From Clostridia bacterium (GTDB lineage: Bacteria; Bacillota; Clostridia; Christensenellales; Aristaeellaceae), in assembly GCA_017512985.1 (NCBI GenBank), contig JAFWEJ010000013.1:31695-95694 (forward strand): a stretch of DNA of 64,000 nt, in the 5' to 3' direction. This document shows, piece after piece, positions 51,201 through 58,537 of the stretch. Positions within the stretch are counted from its first letter, which is position 1, and each line of letters starts with the position of its first letter. Below the pieces are notes generated by a model that worked only from the letters and a program-made list of their open reading frames with translations, made no database searches and was not told the origin of the DNA. Both the position numbers and the translations under genes were made by a program.

Positions 51201-51523
51201 CCATCAAGGCGTTTGCGGACAGCGCGCGGCGCCGCCACCTGGATATCTGCCTGGCCGGTGAAACGGCCGTGCTGCCGGTCCTGGTCGGCAAGGACGAGGA
51301 TGCCTGGCTGCTCTCAAACGAGCTGAAAAAGCGCGGCGTCAGCGTGCCGCCCGCCATGTACCCGGCCGTACCGAAGGGCAAAGCCCGCCTCCGCTTCTGC
51401 GTGATCAGCGAGCACAAGCCCGAGCAGATCGAACAGGCCCTCGATATCCTCGAGGCCACCGCCCGCGAGTTCGGCATCGAACTTCCCCGCCGCAACTACG
51501 ACAAGGTGGAAGAAGATTCCTGA
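48233..51523 (+). CDS. Tridomain AMP-binding (acyl ligase) / acyl carrier / PLP-dependent alpha-oxoamine synthase fusion
   Basis: TSGTTG, GYGMTE, TGD, GRLKD, SGENVYP; DLQGDSL carrier Ser; GSYNY, SGSRLLAG, YSMDGD, DEAHS, GTLSKGLG; GGAGG RBS before ATG 48233. Confidence 0.92.
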   Translation: MSKLDALSVCERLENEKTLDNLFEIMRDYGDAPAALWLKGEQELSCTFAEMAHRADDYAACIAQLAPDAGWVGIAVDTCHDWPSLYWGVMRSGHNALLLDASAPDNVIQGLLDEAGCRVIISRKPRALAGNVRQIDFKEIREAPRAIGFTPVWGEYTAMCTSGTTGTSRIFAYNGTAICEQALNGLTLYNNNSRIVRADNRGRKTLAFLPFHHVLGFMGNVILVSFLGSANVYLQDRTPNSIINTCRHFPPNLLIMVPLVGNSLVRSVEKGLKKESKAKRSAFKSMKALSLARQSLSPEAGLAWAQEKAFAALNEKLLGTEVDVIILGGSHTPTETLRTLNALGYYTVTGYGMTETGINGFELGMDLKHRLNGSVGKPLSSAEYRIVPEKEGEKVGELQIRGPGIHSARVVHGEILPPDTLAGGWLQTGDIAQIDPTGRLYIRGRLKDVIINESGENVYPDDMEDTFATLKGVEQSCVVGFRRNRRDRNEDIVLVLNVGENYSDSAYLDKLAAAVAAANTRLPLYTQLNRALVTPMKLPLVSGIKVKRIELKRMYEEGELAYRELDLHAQNAGAEVAAAAALETKNARHDEILKKVRSMYAEALEISESEITDNANFIEDLQGDSLQVLSIALKAEEEWGITIPAEEYGSCATVLGMSHVVENLLDGGTAEGAKPKERVPVRPIFRFEDTPEYKHFLERQEALVGKGDNPYFVTHESPLLDTGIIDGKEVLEFGSYNYVGMSGRKEVKDAAKAAIDKYGTSASGSRLLAGEKQVHKDLEKEIADWKHTEDAVVCVGGHSTNVTFVGNFCGKNDLILYDALAHNSIEQGCKLSDATSRPFPHSDPAALETILKSQRAYYEKVLIVIEGAYSMDGDIAPVPEFVRIKKEYGCFLMVDEAHSACVIGKTGGGVDEYFNLAGDDIDIKYGTLSKGLGTCGGYLAGRKCLIDYLRYNMPGFVFSVGISPALAAGSLAAIRTLRSHPEIMEHLRIAIKAFADSARRRHLDICLAGETAVLPVLVGKDEDAWLLSNELKKRGVSVPPAMYPAVPKGKARLRFCVISEHKPEQIEQALDILEATAREFGIELPRRNYDKVEEDS

Positions 51524-51641
51524 TTTTTTCACTGAAACAATATCCCGAACTGCCACCCCTCCCCCCGCGCTGCGTATAAACAGATGCGCGAGCCCGAGCG
51601 GATACCGCGAAACAGGACGGCATCGCGCGGGAGGAAAAGCA

Positions 51642-51827
51642 ATGAAGGCAACAGAGAACAGATTCAATCCCCTTGAGCTCATGAAATCTTCCGGCCGGTA
51701 TGTCTGCAGATCCACTCCGGAGGATTATGTCCGCTGCATCGTGGTCGATAAACGGACCGGCGAGATCCATGAAAAGTATATCCCCGCGGGCACAGGCATC
51801 CCCTTTGCCCTGAAAAGGGAACGGTAG
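51642..51827 (+). CDS. Small hypothetical protein (61 aa)
   Basis: GGAGG RBS upstream, terminator-like hairpin downstream. Confidence 0.5.
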   Translation: MKATENRFNPLELMKSSGRYVCRSTPEDYVRCIVVDKRTGEIHEKYIPAGTGIPFALKRER

Positions 51828-51860
51828 GGACGGTCCTTTTCGTTCCCGCAATCAATAACA

Positions 51861-51885
51861 GGGGCTGCGTCCGCAGCCCCGTTTT
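51861..51885 (+). terminator. Rho-independent terminator
   Basis: ggggctgcg/cgcagcccc followed by gtttt. Confidence 0.65.
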
Positions 51886-51909
51886 CGACCGTCCGGAAAG
51901 GAAAACACC

Positions 51910-52569
51910 ATGCTGAAGATCGCCGTCCCGACCAACCGCCCGCAGGCCCCGGCCAACTACCTTTACGCGCTCTCCCAGCTCGGCGCACAGGGGGAAACCG
52001 GAACGCAGTTCAATCCGGAGGAATACGGCGGCCTGCTGCTGCCGGGCGGCTGCGACGTGAATCCTTCCAGATACGGAAAAAGCAGGATCCCGGAGGAAAC
52101 GGTCGACGACGAACTGGATGCCATCCAGTTTGCCGTACTGGAAGAATTCCTGAAGGCAGGCAAGCCCATACTGGGCGTCTGCCGGGGCCACCAGCTGCTG
52201 AATATCGCCTTCGGCGGCACCCTGGTCCAGCATCTCCCCGCCGCGGAAAACCATATGGGCCTCCCCAACGGAGACGACAATGTCCACCCGGTGCGCACAG
52301 AGCCGGATTCTTTTCTCTTTGATCTCTACGGCGCCGGCTGCGCAGTCAACTCCACCCATCACCAGGGAATCGAAACCCCGGGAAAAGGCCTGCGCCCTGT
52401 CATGTATTCGGAAGACGGCGTGATCGAAGCATTGGAACATGAATCCCTGCCCGTCTGGAGCGTCCAGTGGCATCCCGAACGGATGTGCTTCCTGCACAAA
52501 CGCGACGACACGGTCGACGGAAGCAGAATCTTCCGGTTTTTCCTGGACCGGTGCCTGGGCAGGCAATAA
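51910..52569 (+). CDS. Peptidase C26 / gamma-glutamyl-GABA hydrolase family glutamine amidotransferase
   Basis: LPGGCDVNP, GVCRGHQ, VNSTHHQ, QWHPE. Confidence 0.92.
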   Translation: MLKIAVPTNRPQAPANYLYALSQLGAQGETGTQFNPEEYGGLLLPGGCDVNPSRYGKSRIPEETVDDELDAIQFAVLEEFLKAGKPILGVCRGHQLLNIAFGGTLVQHLPAAENHMGLPNGDDNVHPVRTEPDSFLFDLYGAGCAVNSTHHQGIETPGKGLRPVMYSEDGVIEALEHESLPVWSVQWHPERMCFLHKRDDTVDGSRIFRFFLDRCLGRQ

Positions 52570-52675
52570 CTCCTCCGTTCCCTCATATTCATCCAGGTTC
52601 TTCACCGATTTCACATTCAGTTCACCTCTTTTTCACGTTACAGGAATATGCTGTTGCATGGGGAGGTGAACCGCC

Positions 52676-52930
52676 GTGACCAGAAAGGAACTGGTTGAGA
52701 AGATCGAAAACGTCTTTGATATGGTTATCACCGTCAGCGGGAGAATGTTCAGGATCCGCCGGGATGAGGACGATTGCCTGATCATCGCGGAACGCAGCCG
52801 GAAGGAATCAATAAAACACTATTCGGATACCTATGACATGATCAGCAGGTATAAGATCGACGGGAAACCGCTCCGGGATTACGCGGAAGCGATCCGGATT
52901 GTGAAATACACCGCTTTGCTGGACGCCTGA
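52676..52930 (+). CDS. Hypothetical protein (84 aa)
   Basis: GGAGGT RBS before GTG; ends before a terminator. Confidence 0.6.
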   Translation: MTRKELVEKIENVFDMVITVSGRMFRIRRDEDDCLIIAERSRKESIKHYSDTYDMISRYKIDGKPLRDYAEAIRIVKYTALLDA

Positions 52931-52963
52931 CTGTCCTGTGCGCGCTGAACAATGCAATAAAAC

Positions 52964-52991
52964 AAAAGGGGCTGCTTCTGCAGCCCCTTTT
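52964..52991. terminator. Bidirectional terminator
   Basis: aaaaggggctgc-ttct-gcagcccctttt between convergent genes. Confidence 0.85.
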
Positions 52992-53013
52992 GTGTGATTT
53001 CGTGCGTCCTGGA

Positions 53014-54255
53014 TTATGGATTGTTCGCCGGAGCGGTTTGCGGATCCGGGAAGGGCAGGACCTGCTCCTGATATCCTCCGTTGTTAATGACCGTACTGCC
53101 GCCGTTCGTGTTCGTCTGATTGTTCAGTCCGCCGTAAGGGATTGTCACATTCTGATGATATGGTCCCGGAGCAGGCTGAACCTCTTCCTGCTGGGAATGG
53201 TTTGTGCCGTTGTTATTGGCGTCTGTTCCGATCGATGGAGTATCCGAACCGGCACCATTCGTGCCGGTGCCGCTCGGCGGAGTATCCGAAGAACTGCCAT
53301 TCGCGCTGTTGCCGTCCGACGAACTGCTCGTAGAGTCGCCGCCCGACGGAGTGCCTGAACCGGCGCCGCCCGTGCCGGTACCGGCCGGCGGGTTGTCTGA
53401 ACCGGTGCCGGTCGTGCCTGTTTCAGAGGACGGGGTATCGGAACCGGCGTTACTGCCGTTATCGGGCGGGGTGTCGGAACCGCCGTTATTGCCGTTATCT
53501 GACGGCGTATCAGAACCGGCGTTATTATTTCCGTTGTCGGACGGAGTGTCTGAACCGGGGTCTTTCTTTCCGTTGTCGGACGGGTTTGTTTCCTTTTTCT
53601 TTTGCCCATTTTTGTTCTGCTGCGGTTTCACCGCGCCGTGGGAATCTGCCGGCAGCGGATTGTCCGGCCTCACGGAAGGAATCCCGCCGGCCGCTCCCGC
53701 AGTCTCGTATTCCGTCCGGATCCGTTCCAGCTCGTCCTGCTGCGGGGTTTCCTGCAGGGTGCATATTCCTGTTTCATCCGCATACCACAGCCGGCCGTCG
53801 ATCAGCAGGGTCCGGCTGACAGCCACTTCGCCCAGCCGCAGGCCCAGCGCTTCATTATCCACCGTGGCGGCAAACCTCAGTCCGTCGGCCATCTCCGCAA
53901 AGCCGAAGACCTGGGCGGCGTTTCCGTCCCCCGCTGCCGTGAAAGCCAGCAGTTTTCCGTCCTCTGTCAGGGCCAGGCCGGCAACCGGCGCGGTTAGTTC
54001 TGCCCACACAGGCTGTTCTTCCCGGAACCGTGCCTCCAGCGCGTCCGGCAGTTCAACGGTGTCCAGCAGCTTCCCGATCTCCTCCGGATCCGCCGGCGCC
54101 GCGCCTTCCGGCAGGCTGTCCGCATCCGCGATAACCAGCATCCGGGCCGCCTGATCCGCCCGGACATCGGGCGCAAAGCAGGCTGTCAGCACCAGGCACA
54201 GGGTGCCTGCCGCGGCAAGCAGCCGGATCAGGTTTTTTTTGCTGATGTTTTTCAT
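53014..54255 (-). CDS. Exported/lipoprotein with G/S/D/T/P/N-rich repeat tail
   Basis: Basic N-terminus, hydrophobic core and LTAC lipobox-like motif; about 8 GSDTP-type repeats; ATG overlaps the OST stop. Confidence 0.75.
   Translation of the reverse strand: MKNISKKNLIRLLAAAGTLCLVLTACFAPDVRADQAARMLVIADADSLPEGAAPADPEEIGKLLDTVELPDALEARFREEQPVWAELTAPVAGLALTEDGKLLAFTAAGDGNAAQVFGFAEMADGLRFAATVDNEALGLRLGEVAVSRTLLIDGRLWYADETGICTLQETPQQDELERIRTEYETAGAAGGIPSVRPDNPLPADSHGAVKPQQNKNGQKKKETNPSDNGKKDPGSDTPSDNGNNNAGSDTPSDNGNNGGSDTPPDNGSNAGSDTPSSETGTTGTGSDNPPAGTGTGGAGSGTPSGGDSTSSSSDGNSANGSSSDTPPSGTGTNGAGSDTPSIGTDANNNGTNHSQQEEVQPAPGPYHQNVTIPYGGLNNQTNTNGGSTVINNGGYQEQVLPFPDPQTAPANNP
53205..53590 (-). repeat. 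Intragenic imperfect tandem repeats encoding GSDTP(S/P)DNG
   Basis: Recurring ccggttc(a/c/t)ga(c/t)a units about 36-45 nt apart. Confidence 0.8.
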
Positions 54256-56630
54256 GATTCCGAACCTCCGTTTCCGTCTGTCCATGTTTCCGGACTTTCA
54301 CTGATCTCCCAGACCTGGGCCGGCCAGATCGCCAGGCCGCCCATGATAACCCGCTGCTGCGCGGGAGAAGGATCTCCTGTCGGTTTTCCGTACCATGTAC
54401 CGAGATGCTTCGCGCCTTTTATTGTCTGATCCTGGCAGATATACAGCCTGAAGAGCATGCTGTCGCACAGGTTCGGGCTGCATGAGACCGCGGTGTATGC
54501 TCCGTTCTCCCGGATCAGGATCACTGCCGGCCCGTTTCCGGGAAGCGCGGTATCCTGCACCTTTACGCCGTCCTGCCATACGCACAGGCGGCTCAGCTGG
54601 TAACTGACGCCGTTCTTCGACATCTCCGCTTCCACAGCCCCCGTCCCGTCCATCTTCGCGTTCAGGACAATCTCAGGAAGCTGCATATACCAGGATGCCT
54701 CCCCGCCGGGGCCGAGCTCCCGGGCCGCGTCGCCGTGGGTCCAGTAAACGCTGTCCGTAACCGTGCGGGTTTCCAGGTCCCACATGCCGAAATAGGAAAG
54801 GGCCTCCAGCTTGGCCATCAGGTCGCCGGTAAGAACCAGCAGCAGCGGCTTTTCCTCCTCCGGATGGGTCAGGTTCAGCACGGCGGCGCGGTCCGCTTCC
54901 GGAACGGACAGCTCCCGGAGAATCTCCTCCGCGCCGTTCCGGTCCGTCTCAGCCATGCGCAGCAGCGCGTCCGCCGCCACCGGCTGGGTAAGGCCGGCGC
55001 CTGTCAGCGTATACAGTGCGGAAGAACCGCTTACTTCGGTCATCCGGAGCAGGCCGGCCATCTGCGCCGGACTGTCCGTCAGCAGCGCGTGGGCCATGAA
55101 GTAGTTGATCACAGCGGAAGTGGATCCGCCGTCCACGATCGCGCGGCGCCGGGCTGTATACTCAATGAAATAACCGTAATCCCACCAGGCCGCGACCGCC
55201 GTATCCTCCGGAGTATGCTCTTCCACATAGCGCATGGCGTTATCCATGCTGTCCGAAACGCTCGGCATTTCAGCCCGTGCCAGCGCCCGTGCGCCGAACA
55301 CCATGGGCAGGCACACCGCTGCGGAAAGCACGGCGCCGACGGCAGCCTTCCACGGGAAGCGGCGGTTTTTCAGCAGGCCTGTCACAAAACCGACGCCCAG
55401 GCCCGCAATGACAGCCCCGGGCAGCACGATTATCTCGGCAAAGCGGCGCCGGGACATTGTCAGCTTCGCGCCGGCGGCCAGCCACAGCACCAGCATCCCG
55501 ATCTCTGCCAGCAGGGCAATCATCGCGTCATGGCGCTGCGGTGCCTCGGGCAGTTCCTTCTTCCGCAGGGAACGCCGGATTCCCATCGGGAAAGCGAGAA
55601 TGATGAAAATACAGGGCAGGATTCCGCCGACGCAGCCTAGCTCTGTACTGATCTCCCCCTTCAGCAGGGACAGGACGCTTTTATCCACCGGCAAAACCGC
55701 CAGGGACTGCATCTCCCCCGTATACTGGTGGATAAACGGAAAAGAACTGGAACTGCCGCTGACGTTCCGGAAAGCGGTCAGAATGCTGCCCAGCTCATTC
55801 AGGCCCGGCGTTCCCCTGAAGAGGAAGACCATCGCCAGCGCGCTGAGCACGGAGATTGCAATGCCACGGGCCGCCTGCATGCGCCGGCGGAAAGGAATAT
55901 GCATCGGGCAGAGCATGATCAGGATCAGCCCCAGCAGTCCGCCGAGCACCATCAGCCAGAAATACGCGAAGTGCGCGTACCAGGTCATGCTGACCAGTCC
56001 AAGCAGGAAGCCGCTGCAGATCCCTGCGATCACCTGGCTGCGCAGGCGCGCGGCCTGCGTCGCGTAAAGCTGCAGCAGGACGAATCCCAGGGGAAGGACT
56101 CCCAGCAGCATATCCGTATCAAAGAAACCCGCGTGGGTATGGGCAACAAAGGGGATCGAAACCCCGGTGAGCATCGCGCCTGCAAACGCGCCTGCCAGGT
56201 TTGTCCGGCGTTTCAGGTAGAAGAACGCGGGCACGGCTGCCAGGCTGGCCAGCACCGGCCCCATCCACCGGGCGACGGAAATGACGTCCGTCTTTCCGAA
56301 AAGCGAAAGGATCCGCCAGACGAAATACGCCAGCAGGGACGGCAGCGTCGGAAGGGTCTGCTCGTCGGACTTCACCGGCCGCGTGGCCATCAGGGGATCC
56401 TCAAAACGCTTGTTGTACAGGAACGGCCCGTTTTCCGACATCTCCCTGGCCAGGCGGACAAAGAAATAGGAATCTATTTCCGTCAGGTAGGGTTCACCGG
56501 TTTCGTCCAGGTAATACGCCCTGTCTTCTTCCGGTATCAGCGGAAGGCTGTAGGTCTCCGCGTGCACCAGGAACGATACTGCCAGGACCAGCAGAAGCAG
56601 CGGAATCCACAGGAGCCTCTTCTGTTTCAT
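54252..56630 (-). CDS. STT3/AglB/PglB-family oligosaccharyltransferase
   Basis: EIDSY, GFFDTD, YTGE, RRF, WWDYG, DGG; about 13 TM segments plus an extracytoplasmic C-domain. Confidence 0.92.
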   Translation of the reverse strand: MKQKRLLWIPLLLLVLAVSFLVHAETYSLPLIPEEDRAYYLDETGEPYLTEIDSYFFVRLAREMSENGPFLYNKRFEDPLMATRPVKSDEQTLPTLPSLLAYFVWRILSLFGKTDVISVARWMGPVLASLAAVPAFFYLKRRTNLAGAFAGAMLTGVSIPFVAHTHAGFFDTDMLLGVLPLGFVLLQLYATQAARLRSQVIAGICSGFLLGLVSMTWYAHFAYFWLMVLGGLLGLILIMLCPMHIPFRRRMQAARGIAISVLSALAMVFLFRGTPGLNELGSILTAFRNVSGSSSSFPFIHQYTGEMQSLAVLPVDKSVLSLLKGEISTELGCVGGILPCIFIILAFPMGIRRSLRKKELPEAPQRHDAMIALLAEIGMLVLWLAAGAKLTMSRRRFAEIIVLPGAVIAGLGVGFVTGLLKNRRFPWKAAVGAVLSAAVCLPMVFGARALARAEMPSVSDSMDNAMRYVEEHTPEDTAVAAWWDYGYFIEYTARRRAIVDGGSTSAVINYFMAHALLTDSPAQMAGLLRMTEVSGSSALYTLTGAGLTQPVAADALLRMAETDRNGAEEILRELSVPEADRAAVLNLTHPEEEKPLLLVLTGDLMAKLEALSYFGMWDLETRTVTDSVYWTHGDAARELGPGGEASWYMQLPEIVLNAKMDGTGAVEAEMSKNGVSYQLSRLCVWQDGVKVQDTALPGNGPAVILIRENGAYTAVSCSPNLCDSMLFRLYICQDQTIKGAKHLGTWYGKPTGDPSPAQQRVIMGGLAIWPAQVWEISESPETWTDGNGGSES

Positions 56631-56644
56631 TCTGCCGCCTCCCT

Positions 56645-58534
56645 TCAGGTTATATCTTCCTGTTTTCCCGCATCCTGCTGTTCGCTGTTCCGTTTATGCA
56701 GCCAGACGGAAAGCACCGCCACGTCCGCCGGATTCACGCCGGGAATGCGTCCCGCGGCGCCCAGGGATACCGGCTTCTGTCTGTCCAGCTTCTGCCTGGC
56801 TTCCAGCCGCAGGTGCTCGATCTCCGCGTAGCAGATGTCCTGCGGCAGTCTGATCTCCTCCATCTGCCTGGCCTGGCGGATCATCTGCGCTTCCTTTTCC
56901 AGGTAGCCCGCGTATTTCACGCTGATTTCCGCCAGTTCCGCCGCGGCAGGGGAAACCTTCTCCCACTCCGGCTGCAGCTTCACCAGGTCCTTCAGGATGA
57001 TCTCCGGCCGTTTCAGCAGGTCTTCCGCCTTCTGGGAGCCCGCGACCTCCGGCTGGTCTTTTTCCCGCAGCAGCGCGTTGAGCGCTTCCCCCGGCGCGAA
57101 CCGGGTTGTCTCCAGCTGCCGGATCAGCTCTTCCGTCTCTTCTTTCTTTTTCCGCGTGCGTTCCATCCGCTCATCCGAGGCCAGCCCGGCCCTGTGGCCG
57201 ATTTCCGTCAGCCGCAGGTCCGCGTTGTCCTGCCGCAGGTACAGCCGGTGTTCCGCGCGGGAGGTCATCATCCGGTAGGGCTCGTCCGTACCCTTCGTGG
57301 TCAGGTCGTCCGTCATCACGCCGATATACGCCATATCCCGCGTCAGGATAATCTGTTCCCTGCCCTGCAGTTCCAGCGCGGCGTTCATGCCGGCAAGCAG
57401 GCCCTGGCAGGCCGCTTCCTCATAGCCGCTGGTCCCGTTGATCTGCCCGGCGAAGAACAGCCCGCCGATGCGCAGGCTCTCCAGCGTCGGCCGCAGTTCG
57501 CGGCTGTCGATGCAGTCGTATTCGATCGCGTAGCCAAGACGGGTAAACTCGCAGTGCCGCAGGCCGGGAATCGTGCGGTACATCGCCCACTGCACGTCCT
57601 CCGGCATGGAGGTGCTCATGCCCTGCACATACCATTCCCGGCTTTCTTTTCCTTCCGGTTCCAGGAAGATCTGGTGCCTTTCCTTGTCCGCGAAACGGAC
57701 CACCTTGTCCTCGATGCTCGGGCAGTACCGCGGCCCGATGCCGTGGATCTTTCCGCTGTACAGCGGCGCGCGGTGCAGGTTGTCCAGTATGATCCTATGC
57801 GTTTCCGGCGTGGTCCAGGTCAGGTAGCAGCTGTAGGTGTTCTCCAGTTTCCGATCCGTCAGGAAGGAGAAAGGGACGACGGGTTCGTCGCCCTTCTGTT
57901 CCTCCATCTCGTCAAAATCCACGCTCCGCACGTCCACCCGGGCCGGCGTGCCGGTCTTGTACCGGCGCAGTTCAAAGCCCAGATCCGTCAGGCTCGCGGA
58001 AAGCTCGGACGCGTTCATCAGGCCCTGTGGCCCGCCGTCGTGCCGGTGTTCCCCGATGATGATGCTGCCCTTCAGGTATACGCCGGTGGCGGCCACGACC
58101 GCCCGGCACGGGATCCGTGCGCCTGTGGTCGTCGTCACCGCCGTCACATGCCCGTTTTCCGTCTCAATGGAGGCCGCTTCCCCCTGCCGCACGGTCAGGC
58201 GGTCCGTGGTCATCAGGGCTTTCCGCATCCGGTTCTGGTAGGCCTGTTTGTCCGCCTGCGCGCGCAGGGAATGAACCGCGGGCCCTTTGCCCATGTTCAG
58301 CATCCGGCTCTGCAGGAAAGTATCGTCGATCGCAAGGCCCATTTCACCGCCCAGCGCGTCCAGTTCCCGTACGAGGTGTCCCTTGGCGGAACCGCCGATC
58401 ACCGGGTTGCAGGCCATCAGCGCGATGCCGTCCATATTCAGGGTCAGCAGAATTGTATCAATGCCCATCCGCGCGGCGGCAAGCGCGGCTTCACAGCCTG
58501 CGTGCCCCGCGCCGATCACTACCAGGTCCGCCAT
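56645..58534 (-). CDS. mnmG: tRNA uridine 5-carboxymethylaminomethyl modification enzyme MnmG (GidA)
   Basis: GAGHAGCEAA, KTGTP, GPRYCPSIEDK, AGQINGTSGYEEAA, EPYRMMTSRAE. Confidence 0.98.
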   Translation of the reverse strand: MADLVVIGAGHAGCEAALAAARMGIDTILLTLNMDGIALMACNPVIGGSAKGHLVRELDALGGEMGLAIDDTFLQSRMLNMGKGPAVHSLRAQADKQAYQNRMRKALMTTDRLTVRQGEAASIETENGHVTAVTTTTGARIPCRAVVAATGVYLKGSIIIGEHRHDGGPQGLMNASELSASLTDLGFELRRYKTGTPARVDVRSVDFDEMEEQKGDEPVVPFSFLTDRKLENTYSCYLTWTTPETHRIILDNLHRAPLYSGKIHGIGPRYCPSIEDKVVRFADKERHQIFLEPEGKESREWYVQGMSTSMPEDVQWAMYRTIPGLRHCEFTRLGYAIEYDCIDSRELRPTLESLRIGGLFFAGQINGTSGYEEAACQGLLAGMNAALELQGREQIILTRDMAYIGVMTDDLTTKGTDEPYRMMTSRAEHRLYLRQDNADLRLTEIGHRAGLASDERMERTRKKKEETEELIRQLETTRFAPGEALNALLREKDQPEVAGSQKAEDLLKRPEIILKDLVKLQPEWEKVSPAAAELAEISVKYAGYLEKEAQMIRQARQMEEIRLPQDICYAEIEHLRLEARQKLDRQKPVSLGAAGRIPGVNPADVAVLSVWLHKRNSEQQDAGKQEDIT

Positions 58535-58537
58535 GTA

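Noticed and set aside
48233-51523. Annotation as plain bioF
   Set aside because: Fused acyl ligase and carrier domains and no biotin genes in context; BioF activity is not excluded but is unsupported
53205-53590. Spaced repeats as a possible CRISPR array
   Set aside because: The repeats are degenerate, in frame within a CDS and lack unique spacers; no cas genes nearby
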